This document shows, in pieces, positions 26,857-36,313 of a stretch of DNA of 64,000 nucleotides (the stretch's first letter is position 1; every line of letters begins with the position of its first letter). The DNA is from an uncultured Candidatus Saccharibacteria bacterium. GTDB lineage: Bacteria > Patescibacteriota > Doudnabacteria > UBA920. Location: assembly GCA_964490395.1 (NCBI GenBank), contig CAZBAS010000001.1, forward strand, positions 275,815-339,814, read 5' to 3'. A model generated the notes under the pieces. That model made no database searches and had not been told where the DNA came from. It saw nothing but the letters and a program-made list of their open reading frames with translations. The translations under genes and the position numbers were made by a program.

Positions 26857-28371
26857 ATGCAAAAACGTACCAAGATAATTATTGCGAGTGTCGTCGGCAT
26901 CGCTATTGTGGGTGGGGTAGTCTTGACTCGCGGAGGTACTGTAGAATCTTTGCAAACTGAGCTGCTACAGGTTAAGGGTGTTGAGCGCACGGTATTGGCG
27001 ACTGGTACGGTCACGAGCTCAATAGATCTAGACCTTGCATTTAAAGGATCTGGGGTTGTTCAGCGAATTCCAGTGAAGGTTGGTCAAAAAGTAAAAGAGG
27101 GGGACGTATTGGCGCAGCTTGATGCTCGCGACCAAAATGCAGCGGTGACTCAGGCGCGTGGTTCAGTTGCTCAGGCACAGGCGAATTTAGATAAAGTGTT
27201 GTCAGGAGCAAGTAATGAAGAAGTAGCAGTGGCGCAAGTCGCTGTTGTCAACGCTGAGCAAAACGTAAAAGATGTAAAAGCACAGCAGGCAGTGGCAGTC
27301 GCCAATGCTCGTCAGGCATTGCTCAATTCCTTATTGGCTGCAATTCCTGCCCCAAACAACGTGAGCTCGGCCACTATCTCTATATCTGGAAATTACACAG
27401 GTACGGTTGATGTTCAATACAGCATTCGTTTCTATGGAACTGGAAATGGCCAGTATTATGCCGTGGACGGTCCGAACGGTGCAACGGGCCCTGTTACTGT
27501 GGGGGTTCCTTTGCCACTTAATACCGCGGGGTTATACATGACCATATCGGGCTCTGTCACCTCTAGCTACGATCGTTGGACGGTTAGTTTGCCAAACACT
27601 CAGGCGACCACCTACGTTGCTAATGTAAATGCGTATAATGCCGCAGTGCAAAATCAGGCAGCTGCAATTTCTGCAGCGCAGAGCCAGCTTGACTCGGCCA
27701 ATGCAACCTTAAATCTTAAAAAAATTCAGGCACGGCCCGCAGACGTAGCGGCCGCAGAGGCTGGCCTACTTTCTGCGCGTGGTCAGCTACAGGCTGCGGT
27801 CGCTCAACTTGAGAATACAATTATCCGAGCGCCAAGCGAAGGCACGGTTACTAAGATAGACGTGAAAGTGGGCGAACAAGCAACCAGCTTAAAAGCCATT
27901 GTAACTTTGCAGGATGTGGGTAATTTATATGTAGAAGCAAACATCAGTGAAGCCAATATTGCTCAAGTCCAAAGCGGCCAGGCTGTTACCTACACTTTTG
28001 ATGCGTTAGGTCCGGACAAAACATTTTCCGGCACAGTGACGGCCATAGACCCGGCTTCAACAGTTGTGTCTGGGGTAGTTAACTATAAGGTTACTGCTTC
28101 GGTTGGCGACCCTACGAATGTGCGCCCCGGTATGACTGCAAACATGAGTATTCTTGTTGCTAAAAAAACCGCAGTTATTTCTGTGCCTCAGCGTTCAATT
28201 GTAGAGAAGAATGGAAAGAAGTTTGTGCGAGTTATTACAGACGCAAAAAAGCAGACGTATACAGAAACTGAAGTTACTACAGGACTTGAAGCAGATGGCG
28301 GCGTGGTTGAAGTTGTTTCAGGCTTGTCTGAGGGTCAGACAATTGTGACTTTCATTGAAACGAAGAAATAG
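26857..28371 (+). CDS. HlyD-family periplasmic adaptor / membrane fusion protein with long coiled coil
   Basis: N-terminal TM, biotinyl-like lid, long coiled coil, C-terminal beta-barrel/MP domain motifs. Confidence 0.65.
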   Translation: MQKRTKIIIASVVGIAIVGGVVLTRGGTVESLQTELLQVKGVERTVLATGTVTSSIDLDLAFKGSGVVQRIPVKVGQKVKEGDVLAQLDARDQNAAVTQARGSVAQAQANLDKVLSGASNEEVAVAQVAVVNAEQNVKDVKAQQAVAVANARQALLNSLLAAIPAPNNVSSATISISGNYTGTVDVQYSIRFYGTGNGQYYAVDGPNGATGPVTVGVPLPLNTAGLYMTISGSVTSSYDRWTVSLPNTQATTYVANVNAYNAAVQNQAAAISAAQSQLDSANATLNLKKIQARPADVAAAEAGLLSARGQLQAAVAQLENTIIRAPSEGTVTKIDVKVGEQATSLKAIVTLQDVGNLYVEANISEANIAQVQSGQAVTYTFDALGPDKTFSGTVTAIDPASTVVSGVVNYKVTASVGDPTNVRPGMTANMSILVAKKTAVISVPQRSIVEKNGKKFVRVITDAKKQTYTETEVTTGLEADGGVVEVVSGLSEGQTIVTFIETKK

Positions 28372-28500
28372 AGGAGTAAAATTTCCAATATCCAATATCT
28401 AGTTTCTAAGGCAGGAGCTGCTTTTGGCCTGTGCTTGGATAGATTGTTTTGAGGTAAAATCCTGCTCGTTGTGAGCAGGATTTTATATTACAATATAGAA

Positions 28501-29835
28501 ATGCTTGAAATGTTTCTGCAAAAACTAAAAGGCTTGGTGCCAGCCCAGTGGCGGTGGGTATTTGATCATAGCGGCGTGAGGCGGTATTCAGCAAATACCG
28601 GCTGGCTTTTTGCGGGTCAAATGGTCTCACTCGTTGTAGCTTTTTTTGTAGGGGCGTATATTGCCCGCTACCTCGGGCCTGAAAAATTTGGTGCTATAAA
28701 CTACGCTATCGGATTTTCTAGTATACTGGCTTTTTTAGCGGGGTTTGGCATAGACACCATTTTGAAGCGGGACTTGCTTACGTATCCAGAGCGACAGGCG
28801 GAATTGCTTGGTACCGCGTTTTGGCTCAAGCTGGGTGCGGGATTTGCTACGCTGTGTTTGGTTAATCTTGTATCGCTGGGTGTGAATCATGACGCAGTGT
28901 CGCGCCTGCTTATTTTTATATTTTCTTTCACGTTTATACTTACTAGTTTCAACGTACTAAGCACCTATTTTCAGGCGCGCGTCCAAGCGAAAAAAGTCAT
29001 ACTGGCACAAATGGGCGCGGCATTTGTTTCAACCATTCTTAAACTCATGTTTATATATCTTGGCTTTGGCGCTCCGGCATTCGTAGCAGTGTACCTTGCC
29101 GATGGGATAGTCCTTGCCTGTGGGCTTTACTACGAGTACAGAGCTGACTTGGAAACGCCTCGGGCGTGGAAATTTGACACGCTACTCGCAAAGAATATGT
29201 GCAGTGCAGCCGTGCCTCTGACGCTTACGTACGTTATGATTATGGTGTATTTGAAGATTGACCAGGTGATTTTGAAGAACATTGCTGGCGAGCAGGTGTT
29301 AGGTTTGTATTCGGTAGCAGTGAAAATTTCCGAAGTGTTGTATATGGTTCCCACCCTGCTCTGTGCTTCGCTATTTCCTGCCATTGTGAATGCAAAAAGT
29401 ACGAACGCATTGGTGTATCAGAAACGGCTTATGTGGTTATATGGGGCTTTATTTGTCCTGGCAGTGCTTATAGCAGCTCCGCTCTCATTTGGCGCGCGGT
29501 ATATTATTCCTTTTTTGTTTGGCGCGGAGTATGGACTGTCTGTGCCAATTTTTCAAATATACATATGGTCTGTGGTGCCCATGTTTCTTATTACTGCTGT
29601 CACCCAATATCTTATTGCTGAAGACTACACCACTATATATTTATACAGTAGCGCAATTGGCGCGCTGAGTAACACTGTGCTAAACCTTGCACTCATACCT
29701 CGCTTTGGAGCTGTTGGCGCTGCTATTACCACTTTAATTTCTTACTCGCTCGTACCCCTTTCGCTGCTTCTTTTTAAAAAGACTCGGACGCATCTTCGCT
29801 GGACGGAAGCGGCTGTTCCTACGCAGGTCGTATAA
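28501..29835 (+). CDS. Polysaccharide (O-antigen-type) flippase, MOP superfamily (Wzx-like)
   Basis: 12+ TM helices; polysaccharide biosynthesis protein family pattern; heads glycan gene cluster. Confidence 0.65.
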   Translation: MLEMFLQKLKGLVPAQWRWVFDHSGVRRYSANTGWLFAGQMVSLVVAFFVGAYIARYLGPEKFGAINYAIGFSSILAFLAGFGIDTILKRDLLTYPERQAELLGTAFWLKLGAGFATLCLVNLVSLGVNHDAVSRLLIFIFSFTFILTSFNVLSTYFQARVQAKKVILAQMGAAFVSTILKLMFIYLGFGAPAFVAVYLADGIVLACGLYYEYRADLETPRAWKFDTLLAKNMCSAAVPLTLTYVMIMVYLKIDQVILKNIAGEQVLGLYSVAVKISEVLYMVPTLLCASLFPAIVNAKSTNALVYQKRLMWLYGALFVLAVLIAAPLSFGARYIIPFLFGAEYGLSVPIFQIYIWSVVPMFLITAVTQYLIAEDYTTIYLYSSAIGALSNTVLNLALIPRFGAVGAAITTLISYSLVPLSLLLFKKTRTHLRWTEAAVPTQVV

Positions 29836-29838
29836 TGT

Positions 29839-30810
29839 ATGAATAAAAAAAATATTATCATCCTTCAGCATAATGGCGGCCGGCTTGCAAACCAATTGTG
29901 GCTACTGGTGAGTGTGTACGCATATTGTCTCGAAAGGGGATATGGGTTACAAAATCCATCCTTTTTTGAGTACGGCGCATACTTTTCTCCTACGGTTGCG
30001 GGAGGTTCTGTTACTTCATTTTTTTATACGTTGTATTATTGGCTTTGCCGAGTGTGCAAGCCTCTGGGGTTTGAGGCGGTTCTGAGGTTCTGTTTTCGTA
30101 AGGTGTATGCTGTGTTCGCTCAATTGCGTTCATCTTTTCTACCAGGTACTATAGTGAGGTCTGACCGGGATGGGGTAGCGCGCAGCGCAGTGCGCTATAT
30201 GCCTCCGACTTCGCCGGCTGACCAGGTATTTGCAGAGTTTGAGCAAAGCCAAAGTTCACGGCTATACGTAACGGGGTGGCTCTTTCGCAACCCAGTAGGG
30301 CTAGAGCGCTATCGTAAAGAAATAGCAGAGTATATACAACCGCGAAAAGAATTGTGGGAACAAGCACGGCAATACGTTGCGGCGCAGCGAGCAGCGTATA
30401 CGCATGTTATTGGTGTGCATATTCGTCAGGGAGACTACAGAACAAGCTATCAACATGGTGATCTGTACATACCCATAGAAACAGCGGTAAAGGCCATGCA
30501 GGAGTTTCTTACAGAGTATAATCTATCCGCAGCTGAAACCTGTTTTATTATCTGTTCAGATGGCTCAGTAGATACGAAAAAAGTTACAGGACTTCACGTT
30601 GTGGTGTCCGAGCATGACGAAATTGTAGACTTATGCATATTGGCCCAGACCGATGCCTTGCTTGGTTCAAATAGTACGTTCGGGGCATTTGCAGCGTATT
30701 ATGCTAACAAGCCACTCATTGTGATGACCAAGACGGGCGTGGACTGGGAATATTACAAGGGACGCACTACATTTTTTAACAATACATATTTAACAACCGT
30801 ACATTTTTAA
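29839..30810 (+). CDS. GT11-family glycosyltransferase (alpha-1,2-fucosyltransferase-like)
   Basis: IGVHIRQGDY motif and LLGSNSTFGAFAAY motif characteristic of GT11. Confidence 0.6.
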   Translation: MNKKNIIILQHNGGRLANQLWLLVSVYAYCLERGYGLQNPSFFEYGAYFSPTVAGGSVTSFFYTLYYWLCRVCKPLGFEAVLRFCFRKVYAVFAQLRSSFLPGTIVRSDRDGVARSAVRYMPPTSPADQVFAEFEQSQSSRLYVTGWLFRNPVGLERYRKEIAEYIQPRKELWEQARQYVAAQRAAYTHVIGVHIRQGDYRTSYQHGDLYIPIETAVKAMQEFLTEYNLSAAETCFIICSDGSVDTKKVTGLHVVVSEHDEIVDLCILAQTDALLGSNSTFGAFAAYYANKPLIVMTKTGVDWEYYKGRTTFFNNTYLTTVHF

Positions 30811-30816
30811 TCACTC

Positions 30817-31548
30817 ATGAATTTTCTGTATACAATCGTTAAGACTATTGGTAAAGGTGTGTTGTTTCTTTTCGTATGGATGGACTGGAGAACGTATAAA
30901 AGACTTGACGCTGCTCCCCGGTTTCCGCTCAAGATTGGCGACGTGTATCCGTGTGTTACCGATAAAACTCCAGACACCAAATTCGATAGGCATTATATTT
31001 ACCATACTGCGTGGGCTGCGCGTAAGCTCGCACAAATTAAACCAGTAGTGCATACTGACATTGCCTCGAGCCTATACTTTATTGGGGTTGCTTCGGCATT
31101 TGTCCCCATACATTTTTATGATTTTCGTCCGCCAGAGTTGACATTGTCCAATGTACAAGTTGGCCAAGCAGATTTGCTCCATTTGCCTTTTGCGGACGCA
31201 GAGCTTAAAAGTCTTTCGTGTCTCCATGTTATAGAACATATTGGTCTCGGGCGGTACGGCGATAGCGTAGACCCTGAAGGGGATCGCAAGGCTGCACGCG
31301 AATTGGCCCGCGTACTCGCACCCGGTGGTAGTTTGCTTATTGTTGCTCCTGTCGGGAGCCCCAAGCTCAGGTTTAATGCTCATCGGGTCTATTCAAAACA
31401 GATGATACTCGATTTATTTCCTGGCCTTACGTTACACGAGTGCACGCTTATACCCGATGCTAGTGGTGCACCAGTGGAGAACGCAACAGATAGCGATATT
31501 GCTGCTGAGTCCTTTGGCTGTGGGTGTTTTTGGTTTATAAAAGAATAA
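30817..31548 (+). CDS. SAM-dependent methyltransferase-fold protein (DUF268-like)
   Basis: HVIEHIGLGRYGD...LAPGGSLLIVAP methyltransferase-like core. Confidence 0.45.
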   Translation: MNFLYTIVKTIGKGVLFLFVWMDWRTYKRLDAAPRFPLKIGDVYPCVTDKTPDTKFDRHYIYHTAWAARKLAQIKPVVHTDIASSLYFIGVASAFVPIHFYDFRPPELTLSNVQVGQADLLHLPFADAELKSLSCLHVIEHIGLGRYGDSVDPEGDRKAARELARVLAPGGSLLIVAPVGSPKLRFNAHRVYSKQMILDLFPGLTLHECTLIPDASGAPVENATDSDIAAESFGCGCFWFIKE

Positions 31549-31553
31549 CTTGT

Positions 31554-32309
31554 ATGCGTACAATTGCGGAAAAAATCCTCTCCTTAATTTCAAAAAATTA
31601 TTATGTGTATAAGGCCTCGCAAAAGATAGTATCTTTTCATAATAATGAAAATAACCCAAACTTTGCGAGTAATGGCGAAAGCGTTTTTCTAAAAAACTAT
31701 GCGCGTAGTGCGAATGTTATATTTGATGTAGGTGCGAATGTGGGTACATGGACCAGGCTTGCACATGCGCATAGTCCCCAGGCTCAGATATACGCATTTG
31801 AGCCATTTACTCAAGCATACAGAGAGTTGTCTACTATGCAGTTGCCCGGCAGCGTTCATTACTACAATATAGCCCTGGGCAATGCTCCTGAGAAGAAAAA
31901 TTTATTTACGTATGCAGAATCGTCGGCGTTTAACTCTCTCTATCCTCGTCAGCTGGGCATAGAGACTAGTAGCGTGTCGGTGAACGTAACAACTCTAGAC
32001 CTGTTCTGCACAGAGCATACTATACACAGCATAGACTTTTTAAAGATAGACGTAGAAGGCGCAGAGCTCGCAGTGCTCCAGGGGGCATACGACATGATTG
32101 CCCAAGGAAAAATTAAGGTAATTCAATTTGAATATGGTGGCACGTACATAGACGCACACATACTCTTAAGAGATATATTTGATTTTTTTGCGCATACTCC
32201 TTACCAGCTGTATAAAATTTTTCCTGAGCAGATAGTACCCCTCGCTCAATACAATCCTGGATTGGAAAATTTTCAATATGCCAATTATGCAGCGTTGTTA
32301 AAAGTATAG
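31554..32309 (+). CDS. FkbM-family methyltransferase
   Basis: IFDVGANVGTWT motif; FkbM domain pattern. Confidence 0.65.
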   Translation: MRTIAEKILSLISKNYYVYKASQKIVSFHNNENNPNFASNGESVFLKNYARSANVIFDVGANVGTWTRLAHAHSPQAQIYAFEPFTQAYRELSTMQLPGSVHYYNIALGNAPEKKNLFTYAESSAFNSLYPRQLGIETSSVSVNVTTLDLFCTEHTIHSIDFLKIDVEGAELAVLQGAYDMIAQGKIKVIQFEYGGTYIDAHILLRDIFDFFAHTPYQLYKIFPEQIVPLAQYNPGLENFQYANYAALLKV

Positions 32310-32312
32310 CCT

Positions 32313-33224
32313 ATGACTCCAGCACCCATTGCGCTGTTTGTATATAACCGTCCTGAGCATACCAAAAAAGTTCTTGAAGCATTGGCCAAAAACGACCTTG
32401 CACCTATGAGCGAGCTGTATGTTTTTTCTGATGGCCCAAAAAGGCCTGTGGATGCAAACGCTATCGCTGCAGTACGGAGTGTGCTCGCGTCCATTGCGGG
32501 GTTTAAATTTGTGCGCGTTATCGCAAGGGATAGTAACTACGGTCTTGCTCGATCCATTACCCAAGGAGTGGGGGAATTGGTGGCAAAACACGGTCGCATT
32601 ATAGTGCTTGAGGATGATTTAGTAACCTCTCCGTATTTTTTGCAATACATGAATGAAGCGCTGGAATTATATGAGCACGACGAACGAGTGGTGAGTGTGC
32701 ATGGCTATGTATATCCAACCAAAGCACAACTACCGGAAACCTTTTTTATGCGCGGGGCGGATTGCTGGGGGTGGGCGACCTGGAAGCGCGGCTGGGATAT
32801 ATTCCAATCCGATGGCACAAAATTGCTCGCTGAACTTGAAGCGAAAAAACTCACTAAAGCGTTTGATCTTGGCGGCGTATATCCATATACCTACATGCTC
32901 AAATCCCAAATTCGAGGCTTTAATCGCTCCTGGGCTATACTCTGGTATGCATCAGCGTTTTTATCCGGTAAACTAACCTTATACCCTGGTCGCTCACTGG
33001 TGAGAAATATTGGCTTTGATAAAAGCGGCACACATACTGGTGCCACTGACTATTTCATGGGCGAGCTAAGTACGGGGCCCATACATGTTACCCCCGTGCC
33101 TGTAGTGGCAAGTGCAGCGGCCCTGCGGGCATTTCAAGTTTATTTTTCTTCTTGGAAAATGAAACTCTTTATGCTTATTACACGGTGCAGATATGTAGTA
33201 AAGCGGATTAAGGTGAGCATATGA
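32313..33224 (+). CDS. Putative GT-A fold glycosyltransferase
   Basis: N-terminal IALFVYNRPEHTKKVLEAL resembles GT-A family starts; within glycan cluster. Confidence 0.4.
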   Translation: MTPAPIALFVYNRPEHTKKVLEALAKNDLAPMSELYVFSDGPKRPVDANAIAAVRSVLASIAGFKFVRVIARDSNYGLARSITQGVGELVAKHGRIIVLEDDLVTSPYFLQYMNEALELYEHDERVVSVHGYVYPTKAQLPETFFMRGADCWGWATWKRGWDIFQSDGTKLLAELEAKKLTKAFDLGGVYPYTYMLKSQIRGFNRSWAILWYASAFLSGKLTLYPGRSLVRNIGFDKSGTHTGATDYFMGELSTGPIHVTPVPVVASAAALRAFQVYFSSWKMKLFMLITRCRYVVKRIKVSI

Positions 33225-33877
33225 ATACCATAGACAATCCACAGATGCATGATAATAGGAAATATGTATACACGACCGATTTATACACTCGGGCAGAGTT
33301 TACTGTTATCGCGCAATGGGTGCCAGAAGCTGCATCGGTCATTGACCTTGGTTGTGGAAATGGGGCACTAATGGAATACTTAATTCAGCACAACCATGTC
33401 ACTGCTCTGGGAATGGAAATTTCTCCTTCAGGAGTTGCTGCGGGTGTGCAGCGCGGACTGTCGGTGGTCGCTGGTGAAATAGATACGCTCGAAAGCTACG
33501 CGCAGTACCATGATGAGCAATTCGATTATGCAATCTGCAATGTTACCCTGCAGATGGTTATGTACCCAGAAATACTGCTCCAGCAAATGAAGCGAATTGC
33601 AAAACGCATTATTATTTCTTTCCCAAATTTTGCGTATGTGGGAAACCGTTTCGATTTGCTGATGCATGGAGTAATGCCTCGTCCCATGCTGTACGGATAC
33701 GCGTGGTACAACACGGGCCATATCCACCAGCTGAGTGTAAAAGACTTTCGCGAGTGGTGTAAGCAAAATAACCTGTCTGTAGCTCGCGCTGAGTATTTGG
33801 GCGGGGCGCGGTCATGGTCCAGAATTTCTCCCAACCTCCTCTCTAAAGTCGCTCTGTTTGTATGCGAAAAAAGTTAA
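33221..33877 (+). CDS. MetW-like methyltransferase
   Basis: VIDLGCGNGALMEYL and FDYAICNVTLQMV...SFPNF closely resemble MetW family. Confidence 0.6.
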   Translation: MNTIDNPQMHDNRKYVYTTDLYTRAEFTVIAQWVPEAASVIDLGCGNGALMEYLIQHNHVTALGMEISPSGVAAGVQRGLSVVAGEIDTLESYAQYHDEQFDYAICNVTLQMVMYPEILLQQMKRIAKRIIISFPNFAYVGNRFDLLMHGVMPRPMLYGYAWYNTGHIHQLSVKDFREWCKQNNLSVARAEYLGGARSWSRISPNLLSKVALFVCEKS

Positions 33878-34584
33878 GATTGTTTCTGAGCAAAAATTTA
33901 TTTCAACCTTCGTGGTATGCCGTAGCGTTTAACCCTTATTTTATTGCAAGGCGTCATTTATATGTGGCCATACAAAAGTTTGCCCGTGTGTATGCGCAGG
34001 AAAAGAAGGTGCTCGATGTTGGCTGCGGCAATAAACCGTATCGGGATTTATTTGCTACGCAGGAATACATTGGCATTGATATAGCTGGCGGGGGCCATAA
34101 AGATGAGGCCAAACAGGTGGATGCATATTTTGACGGCAAGTCCATACCGTTTACCAATGGGCAGTTTGATGTAGTTATCTGTACGCAGGTGTTAGAACAC
34201 AGTACGGAACCGGAGATATTGCTCAAAGAAATGTACAGGGTCTTAGCTCCGCAGGGGGTGCTCTACATTACCGTGCCGTTTGTCTGGAGCGAGCATGAAC
34301 AGCCCTTTGACTTTCGGCGATATACTAGTTTTGGCATCCGTGCACTCTGCGCGAATGCTGGTTTTGCATCTGTAGACGTTCAGTTTACTACGGGTATTTT
34401 TGGTACTTTGGCTCAATTGCTATCGGCATATGTATTTGAGCGGATTGGCTCTCGTGTGTGGGTTAGGGGGCTCGTGACCCTTGTAGTATGTTTTCCAGTA
34501 CAGCTGGTAGGCTTGTTCTGCGATAAGGCGTGCCGCTATTCCGGTGTGTCTTTGGACGTCGTTGCTCTAGCGAAAAAGCAATAA
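33862..34584 (+). CDS. Class I SAM-dependent methyltransferase (type 11-like)
   Basis: VLDVGCGNKPY motif I; VLAPQGVLYITVP. Confidence 0.65.
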   Translation: MRKKLRLFLSKNLFQPSWYAVAFNPYFIARRHLYVAIQKFARVYAQEKKVLDVGCGNKPYRDLFATQEYIGIDIAGGGHKDEAKQVDAYFDGKSIPFTNGQFDVVICTQVLEHSTEPEILLKEMYRVLAPQGVLYITVPFVWSEHEQPFDFRRYTSFGIRALCANAGFASVDVQFTTGIFGTLAQLLSAYVFERIGSRVWVRGLVTLVVCFPVQLVGLFCDKACRYSGVSLDVVALAKKQ

Positions 34585-34585
34585 T

Positions 34586-35545
34586 ATGGTGTATACGTTT
34601 TGTACATTGTTTGATAAAAATTATGTGTACCGCGGGCTTGCGCTGTACGAGTCTTTAGAGCGAGAAGCAGGTAATTTTACTTTGCATATCCTTTGCTTAG
34701 ACGACGAGACATATGACACACTTTCTCGTCTCCAGCTGCCAAAGGTGGTCTTGGTCCGCCTGCAGTCAGTTGAGACCGAAGCAGTGCTACGCGCCAAAGG
34801 CAATCGCAATAAAGTGGAATACTATTGGACGCTGGCCTCTGTATTTACGTACTATGTGGCAGAGGCAAGTAAAGCCAGTAGCGTTGCTTACATAGATAGT
34901 GATATTTACTTTTTTGCTTCACCGGCCACATTGTACGAAGAGCTGGGGGAGAGCTCGGTACTCATAATAAAACATAACTATCCTCCAAGGCTTGCATACC
35001 TGGAAGCTCGCTCAGGGATATACAATGTGGGGGTGGTAATATTCAAATGCGATGCTGTGGGTCTTAAGTGTCTCGGGGACTGGCGCAGTAATTGTCTTGC
35101 GTGGTGTTATAATCGTTCTGAACAAGGAAAGTTTGGCGATCAAATGTACTTAGACTCATGGCCCGCGCGGTACAAGGGCGTACGGGTATTAGCGCACCCG
35201 GGTGGGGGAGTTGCCCCCTGGAATGTGGACCAATTCACCGTAGGAGAGGAGGGTGGGCGGGTGTATGTGGCGCCTGGACAACCGCTGCTGTTTTACCATT
35301 TTCACTCTTTGAAAATGTTGTCTGCTCACCGTTTTGTGCATTATTCGTTTTTTTATTCTATATCGGCAAGTGCCGAGCGGCTCATATATGCCCCTTACAG
35401 TGCATCTTTGCAGCGACAAATTGAAAAAGTACAAACCGTAAGTCCAGCATTTTCGTATGGCCTCCACGAGGAGTACCCTTTGCTCAATAAGCTCAAAGAT
35501 ATTGCAAAGCGCGTTTTTATACGCATTGTCTTTTTCTACAAATAG
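34586..35545 (+). CDS. Putative nucleotide-diphospho-sugar glycosyltransferase (DxD motif)
   Basis: DSDIYFF DxD-like motif; in glycan cluster. Confidence 0.4.
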   Translation: MVYTFCTLFDKNYVYRGLALYESLEREAGNFTLHILCLDDETYDTLSRLQLPKVVLVRLQSVETEAVLRAKGNRNKVEYYWTLASVFTYYVAEASKASSVAYIDSDIYFFASPATLYEELGESSVLIIKHNYPPRLAYLEARSGIYNVGVVIFKCDAVGLKCLGDWRSNCLAWCYNRSEQGKFGDQMYLDSWPARYKGVRVLAHPGGGVAPWNVDQFTVGEEGGRVYVAPGQPLLFYHFHSLKMLSAHRFVHYSFFYSISASAERLIYAPYSASLQRQIEKVQTVSPAFSYGLHEEYPLLNKLKDIAKRVFIRIVFFYK

Positions 35546-35551
35546 GACCCT

Positions 35552-36301
35552 ATGACCATTTCTGTTATTACTCCAACTCTCAATATGGCGGTTAGTATTC
35601 GCAAGACCGTGGAATCTGTGGTAAGGCAGACACATCCCGTTCAGGAATACATTGTTGTTGATGGGTACTCGACTGACGCTACCGTGAGTGTTGTTCATGA
35701 ATATTCAAAAAACCTACCCATACGAGTTGTTGAACAAAAACCTGCTGGCGTATATGCTGCCATGAACACTGGTATCCGCATGGCTGTTGGCGATATTGTG
35801 TGCATACTCAATGGTGATGACTATTTTTTTAATGCCAATGTCTTAGCTCAAGTAGAAGAGGCTTTCATGCAAAACCCTCATGCCTCTATTCTGTACGGTG
35901 ATATAGTATATAAAGATTTTGCTTCTGGGGCTGTGGTACGAAAATGGCGCGCGGGAAGCTTTTCCTTGAAAAAAATATATAATGGGTGGGCTATGCCTCA
36001 TCCAGCAGTGTTTGTTCGTCGTGCTCTCTATGCTGAACTGGGGCTGTTTAATGAAACATTTCGCATTGCTGGTGACTATGAAATTATGGTACGCTGGTTG
36101 GTAACTGCAGGGGTAGAACCCGTGTACCTACCCGAGACATTAGTGGTAATGGCTCCGGGTGGGGCGAGTGGGCGCAGTCTTCGGGCTAGGATGCAGGGCT
36201 GGAAAGAGTTGCGCAGGGCCTGGGTAGTAAATAATATGCGACCTCCATTTGCGTTTACGGCCCGAAGAATATTGGGTAAAGTAGGTCAGTATCTGATTTG
36301 A
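35552..36301 (+). CDS. Glycosyltransferase family 2
   Basis: ISVITPTLN...VVDGYSTDAT GT2 N-terminus. Confidence 0.8.
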   Translation: MTISVITPTLNMAVSIRKTVESVVRQTHPVQEYIVVDGYSTDATVSVVHEYSKNLPIRVVEQKPAGVYAAMNTGIRMAVGDIVCILNGDDYFFNANVLAQVEEAFMQNPHASILYGDIVYKDFASGAVVRKWRAGSFSLKKIYNGWAMPHPAVFVRRALYAELGLFNETFRIAGDYEIMVRWLVTAGVEPVYLPETLVVMAPGGASGRSLRARMQGWKELRRAWVVNNMRPPFAFTARRILGKVGQYLI

Positions 36302-36313
36302 TTCACTTTTACT

